Origin: an uncultured Gammaproteobacteria bacterium
GTDB taxonomy: Bacteria > Patescibacteriota > Patescibacteriia > 2-12-FULL-57-11
Reading direction: 5' to 3'
DNA: 61,212 nucleotides
NCBI GenBank assembly: GCA_964648865.1
Contig: CAZYLV010000006.1
Span: 1 to 61,212 of the forward strand
The position numbers were made by a program, and so were the translations under genes. A model generated the notes under the pieces. That model was given only the letters and a program-made list of their open reading frames with translations, did not search any database and was not told where the DNA came from. The stretch's first letter is position 1. The number at the start of each line of letters is the position of its first letter. Of this stretch, positions 57,249-61,212 are shown in pieces.

Positions 57249-57397
57249 CGAACCGCCGCATTGCGGGCAAATGTGCGGACTGGGATTTTGTGTCGCCGTA
57301 CGATTTTGTCGCTGAATTTCTGGCTCGCCCCGAGGGGCGGCGGGACGAGCCAGCCAGTTCGCCGCCGCCGAAAAATTTGACATTTCCTGTTTGGTGG
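57249..57397 (-). repeat. Inverted repeat A, copy 2 (149 bp)
   Basis: Reverse complement of 55584-55732. Degenerate homology continues left to about 57160. Confidence 0.92.
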
Positions 57398-57405
57398 CCG
57401 ATAAT
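57377..57405 (+). promoter_or_regulatory. Junction promoter spanning the internal att-like core
   Basis: TTGACA (57377-57382, from arm A), 17 nt containing TGGTGG, then GATAAT (57400-57405, from arm B). Confidence 0.6.
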
Positions 57406-57604
57406 ACAATCAGCGCGAACCGAATTTGGAGAGCGGGCGAGCAAAATATGACTGCAAAAATTTTGTTAAAAATTTTTGCAACACACTCGCCGCGCGGATG
57501 CGGGGGCGGGCGGCGCATTCCCTCCCCTTGAACCCCTTCCTGCGCCGCCCGAAAAAATCCGCGCGGCGAGAGGAGTGTTTGCCCCGACGAATTGGGGCGG
57601 GCGC
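57392..57604 (+). repeat. Inverted repeat B, copy 1 (213 bp)
   Basis: Reverse complement of 59252-59464; overlaps repeat A copy 2 by TGGTGG. Confidence 0.92.
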
Positions 57605-57614
57605 GCCACCGATT

Positions 57615-57638
57615 GAACGATCCGAATCGTTCTTTTTT
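57615..57638 (+). terminator. Intrinsic terminator after arm B
   Basis: GAACGAT-ccga-ATCGTTC followed by TTTTTT. Confidence 0.65.
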
Positions 57639-57817
57639 GTTTTTCCCGCGCCTTGCCCCAGCCCGCCCGTGCGCGGCGCGGGTTTATGGAACTCCCTTTG
57701 ATTTTGGCGGGTTGCTATTGACATACGCTAGGAATTTTGCTTAAATAATGAGTCCAACCTGGGTTAGGTTTGGATGAGTTTTCGGCTCTTTACCAACTGA
57801 ACAAGAAGGAGGAAACG

Positions 57818-58306
57818 ATGACCCTGACAGCGAAAGACATTCACGATCAGCTCCACCAACTGCTCGGCTTCCAGCCGGGTGTCATCGTGGACTGCACGCG
57901 TGTCGGCAACCAGCCTGTGATGGACTTCGTCGGATCATCCAGGAGCACCTTCAACAACCCTGGTGCTTACATCATGCTCGCCGACAAACTGGCCGGTCTC
58001 ATGGTGCACCTCTCGGAAGTCGTTCCCAGCGAACAGAACAAGCTCGTCATGCTCTGCGATCTTTTCGCGGAAGGCAACGAGCCCCAGCCAGGCGTCGAGT
58101 GGTCGCACGAGAACCGCGTCAAAGGAGCGATCCTCGGCGTGATGTCGTGCCTGCTCATGCTCTTCCGGCACCCGGCACTTCAACTCGTCTTCGCCGCCCA
58201 GCCGGAAAGCCTCGTCATTGCCACCATCGAGAACGGCAAGATCGTGGTGCAGAAGAAGCAGGGCGAGAAGATGGTGAAGTTCCTGCAGGACAACGAGAAG
58301 AAATAA
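57818..58306 (+). CDS. Hypothetical cargo protein (162 aa)
   Basis: AAGGAGG SD before ATG 57818; TTGACA at 57718 upstream; first gene of the two-gene cargo operon. Confidence 0.75.
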   Translation: MTLTAKDIHDQLHQLLGFQPGVIVDCTRVGNQPVMDFVGSSRSTFNNPGAYIMLADKLAGLMVHLSEVVPSEQNKLVMLCDLFAEGNEPQPGVEWSHENRVKGAILGVMSCLLMLFRHPALQLVFAAQPESLVIATIENGKIVVQKKQGEKMVKFLQDNEKK

Positions 58307-58316
58307 GGAGGTCCAA

Positions 58317-59114
58317 ATGGGAAAAATCTGTGGCGCTCCCGGGTGCGCAAACCTGACGGCAAGCGCCGCAGGTAAGGCTCCTCGGAGAATCAACGGCGTT
58401 GAACTCTGTCGTGGTTGCTACCAGCGCATCTGGGAGCTCTCGAAGAAGATCAACAAGCCGATGGAACAGATCGTGCGTGAAGGTGCGCCGCTTCCCAAGC
58501 GTCCCTTGCCTCGTATCGAGACAACGTGTGCGAGAGAGGGGTGCGATGTGGAATTGCCGGAGAATGCCGGTCCGAACGTGCGTCGGACCATCGGCCTCCT
58601 GCACGTGTGCAATCCTTGCTACCAGTTGGCATGGGAGCACTCGGTGAAGAAGGGAGTTTCGATCGAGGAAGCATTCAGGGAGATGAAGCCGAAGCACTGG
58701 CGGCCCGATCCGCCGAAAACGGTTCGGTGTTGCCTGCCGTGGTGCAACGGTGAATTCGTCCCTGACGAGTCCTCCGAGGTGAGCGACGGCGTTCATGCAT
58801 GCGGTAAGTGCCGTTCCTACCTCAAGGTGCTCGGACAGCGTCCTCGCTACAAAGCCAGGGACTGGAAGGAACTCGCGAAGTATGCCATCAAGGGTATCGT
58901 CGCAGCTCCCAACACGCCGGAGATGTGCGCCATGTCCTGGTGCAGCAACGTAGAGCGCTCTTACCGTCGGGGTCCGAACGGTGAGGCCATCTGCAACTCG
59001 GATGGAATCTACCTCTACCAATACTCCAGGAGGCATGAAATCACATTTGAGGAGGCGTTTCGGACGGCTCCACCCCCGCGGCTTCTTCACACGCGTGGTA
59101 GGAACAAGGGATGA
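58317..59114 (+). CDS. Cargo protein with four tandem C-x4-C...C-x2-C/D zinc-finger-like repeats
   Basis: TAAGGAGGT SD and four Cys-pattern repeats (see findings). Confidence 0.8.
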   Translation: MGKICGAPGCANLTASAAGKAPRRINGVELCRGCYQRIWELSKKINKPMEQIVREGAPLPKRPLPRIETTCAREGCDVELPENAGPNVRRTIGLLHVCNPCYQLAWEHSVKKGVSIEEAFREMKPKHWRPDPPKTVRCCLPWCNGEFVPDESSEVSDGVHACGKCRSYLKVLGQRPRYKARDWKELAKYAIKGIVAAPNTPEMCAMSWCSNVERSYRRGPNGEAICNSDGIYLYQYSRRHEITFEEAFRTAPPPRLLHTRGRNKG

Positions 59115-59251
59115 TTCACTTCCACAAGCGAGAAGGAGGACAACATACGGCCGGTGGGAAATTCGAGAAATCGAAAAGTACCGCCGGCTCTTTCATTTTT
59201 CAAAGAACTGTGATACAATTTTTTTACTTTTCGACCTTTATTACACTTGGT

Positions 59252-59464
59252 GCGCCCGCCCCAATTCGTCGGGGCAAACACTCCTCTCGCCGCGCGGATT
59301 TTTTCGGGCGGCGCAGGAAGGGGTTCAAGGGGAGGGAATGCGCCGCCCGCCCCCGCATCCGCGCGGCGAGTGTGTTGCAAAAATTTTTAACAAAATTTTT
59401 GCAGTCATATTTTGCTCGCCCGCTCTCCAAATTCGGTTCGCGCTGATTGTATTATCGGCCACCA
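59252..59464 (-). repeat. Inverted repeat B, copy 2 (213 bp), ends in CCACCA (attR-like)
   Basis: Reverse complement of 57392-57604. Confidence 0.92.
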
Positions 59465-59470
59465 GAGGAT

Positions 59471-59499
59471 TTGACAGACGCCGCAAAATCTGGCATACT
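59471..59499 (+). promoter_or_regulatory. Host sigma70 promoter upstream of rnj
   Basis: TTGACA (59471-59476), 17 nt, TG-g-CATACT (59494-59499). Confidence 0.7.
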
Positions 59500-59704
59500 G
59501 GCCACGATGATTCCTGCGTCCGGCCCCTCCGCCGGCGCCCGCCGAGCCGAGCTCGGCCCGTTCTTTCCGTAATCAGCGGACGCTCTCCGAAAGGTCCTTT
59601 CGGAGACCCTCCATTGATTATTCGTGACGTCCGTCCGCACGGAGACGCCGGCCTGCGTATCGCCTGCGCCGTCCACGGTATCCGGGACGTCCCTATCCAC
59701 ACAC

Positions 59705-61212
59705 ATGACACCCCAGACGAACCCGTCGCCGTCCGCCCCCCGGCGTGATTCGGCGCATGCCGGCCGCCCGCGCGGCCGCCACTTCCGCGGCCGCGGCCGC
59801 GGTCCGCAGCAAGGCGCAGCGCGGCCCCAGGCCCAGACCGTGAAGGAGTTCACGGCGGCCGACGGCAAGAAGCTCAAGGTCATCGTGCTCGGCGGCCTCG
59901 AGGAGGTCGGCCGCAACTGCACGCTGGTCGAATACGAGAACGACATCATCTTCATCGACATGGGGCTGCAGTTCCCCGAGGAGGACCAGCCCGGGGTGGA
60001 CTACATCATCCCCAACATGTCCTACGTCCGCGGCAAGGAGAAGAACATCCGCGGCGTCATCGTCACCCACGGCCACTACGACCACATCGGCGGCATCCCC
60101 CACATCGTGCCGCGCATCGGCAATCCGCCGGTCTTCGGCCTGCCGATGACGGCCGGCATCATCCGCAAGCGCCAGGAGGACTTCGAGGGCGCCAAGATCA
60201 ACATCCGCGAGGTGCGCATCGACGACCGGCTCGTGCTCGGCAATTTCCAGATCGAGTTCGTGCACATCAACCACTCCATCCCGGACGCCGTGGCCGTGGT
60301 CGTGCATACCCCGGTCGGCACGCTGATCCACACCGGCGACTGGAAGTTCGACTACACGCCCGTCGGCGCGCCGCCGGCCGACTTCATCAAGTTGGCCTCG
60401 CTCGGCGCCCGCGGCGTGCTGGCGCTCATGGGCGACTCCACCAACGCCGCGCATTCCGGACATCAGATCTCGGAACGGGAGATCGCCAACACGCTGCGCC
60501 TGATCCTCGAGAAGGCCGAGGGCCGCGTCATCGTCGGCACCTTCGCGTCGCTCCTCGGCCGCGTCCGGCAGATCTTCGACATCGCCCAGGACCTCGGCAA
60601 GAAGGTCGCGCTCGACGGCTATTCCATGAAGACCAACGTCGAGATCGCGCGGGTCCTCAAGTACATCAACATCAAGCCGGGCACGCTCATCGACATCGCC
60701 CAGATCAACGATTTCCCCAAGGACAAGGTCGTGGTGGTCTGCACCGGCGCCCAGGGCGAAGAGCGCGCCTCGCTGATGCGCATCGCCAACGACGACCACC
60801 GCTCGGTGCGCATCCAGCCGGGGGACACGGTCATCTTCTCCTCGTCCATCATCCCGGGCAACGAGCGCACCGTGCAGCGCCTCAAGGACACGCTCTACCG
60901 CAAGGGCGCGGAGGTCATCCATTACCAGATGATGGACGTCCACGCGGGCGGTCACGCCATGAAGGAGGACATCAAGCTGATGCTGCTCCTCCTCAAGCCC
61001 AAGTACTACATCCCCATCGAGGGCAACCACTTCCTGCTGCGGGAGAACGCCAAGGTCGCCGCCATGATGGGCATCCCCAAGGAGAACGTCTTCGTGGCGG
61101 ACAACGGGCAGGTCATGGAGTTCGTGGCGGGCAAGGGCCGGCTCACGGACACCAAGGTCGTCTCGGACTACGTCTTCGTGGACGGGCTCGGGGTGGGCGA
61201 CATCTCCGAGGT
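59705..61212 (+). CDS. rnj: Ribonuclease J, N-terminal part (runs off window end)
   Basis: Manual translation: ...VIVLGGLEEVGRNCT...IDMGLQFP...PGVDYIIP...THGHYDHIGG...HTGDWKFD...MGDSTNA...HAGGHA. Not in the ORF track because it is truncated. Confidence 0.96.
   Translation, partial: MTPQTNPSPSAPRRDSAHAGRPRGRHFRGRGRGPQQGAARPQAQTVKEFTAADGKKLKVIVLGGLEEVGRNCTLVEYENDIIFIDMGLQFPEEDQPGVDYIIPNMSYVRGKEKNIRGVIVTHGHYDHIGGIPHIVPRIGNPPVFGLPMTAGIIRKRQEDFEGAKINIREVRIDDRLVLGNFQIEFVHINHSIPDAVAVVVHTPVGTLIHTGDWKFDYTPVGAPPADFIKLASLGARGVLALMGDSTNAAHSGHQISEREIANTLRLILEKAEGRVIVGTFASLLGRVRQIFDIAQDLGKKVALDGYSMKTNVEIARVLKYINIKPGTLIDIAQINDFPKDKVVVVCTGAQGEERASLMRIANDDHRSVRIQPGDTVIFSSSIIPGNERTVQRLKDTLYRKGAEVIHYQMMDVHAGGHAMKEDIKLMLLLLKPKYYIPIEGNHFLLRENAKVAAMMGIPKENVFVADNGQVMEFVAGKGRLTDTKVVSDYVFVDGLGVGDISE

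Larger units (their letters stand above)
55584..59464. mobile_element. tRNA-Leu-integrated, low-GC serine-recombinase element
   Basis: Abrupt drop in GC after the tRNA CCA. Direct CCACCA cores at 55584-55589 and 59459-59464, a recombinase gene, cargo operon and internal long inverted repeats. Host-like sequence resumes at 59465. Confidence 0.85.

Noticed and set aside
57435-57441. GGGCGAG in arm B complementary to the tRNA acceptor strand next to the core (guide-like pairing)
   Set aside because: Only 7 nt in GC-rich sequence and also present in arm A, so it is indistinguishable from chance without covariation data.
59133-59213. Possible third cargo gene after an AAGGAGG SD
   Set aside because: The SD is followed by ATA rather than ATG and the frame closes after 22 codons; at best a truncated relic.
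1-61212. CRISPR array, rRNA, IS transposase or prophage structural genes
   Set aside because: I saw no regularly spaced repeats, rRNA-like sequence, transposase or capsid/terminase ORFs.

Overview
A ~61 kb, very GC-rich bacterial chromosome segment. It is most likely Patescibacteria/CPR (Parcubacteria, Uhrbacteria-like); this is inferred from a CPR-type two-TM pilin, stereotyped 'GAGC' lipoproteins, rpsO-NYN-pnp and secG-oppA synteny, and an archaeal-type Cmk. Housekeeping genes include hppA (partial), rnhB, comM, livKHMGF, lspA, a DksA/TraR gene, pnp, rpsO, a Xer recombinase, msrA/msrB, a split dipZ, gpsA, yebC, ruvC, cca, rluD, cmk, rplS, uvrA, secG and rnj (partial). There are 8 tRNA genes, including an unusual tRNA-Ile(UAU). 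Two regions stand out. (1) A low-GC 3.9 kb element sits at the 3' end of tRNA-Leu(CAG) (55584-59464). It holds a large serine recombinase module bounded by 149-bp inverted repeats and a two-gene cargo module bounded by 213-bp inverted repeats. The two modules meet at an internal, inverted attP-like junction with a CCACCA core. That junction alone assembles a TTGACA-17-GATAAT promoter upstream of a highly structured arm and a terminator. The recombinase ORF reads through the att core, so its C-terminus depends on recombination state. (2) An intergenic unit at 14481-14889 has a near-consensus promoter, several long hairpins and a terminator. It looks like an unannotated ~370-nt ncRNA and lies beside a cluster of DnaA boxes. 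All calls come from reading the sequence; no database searches were run.
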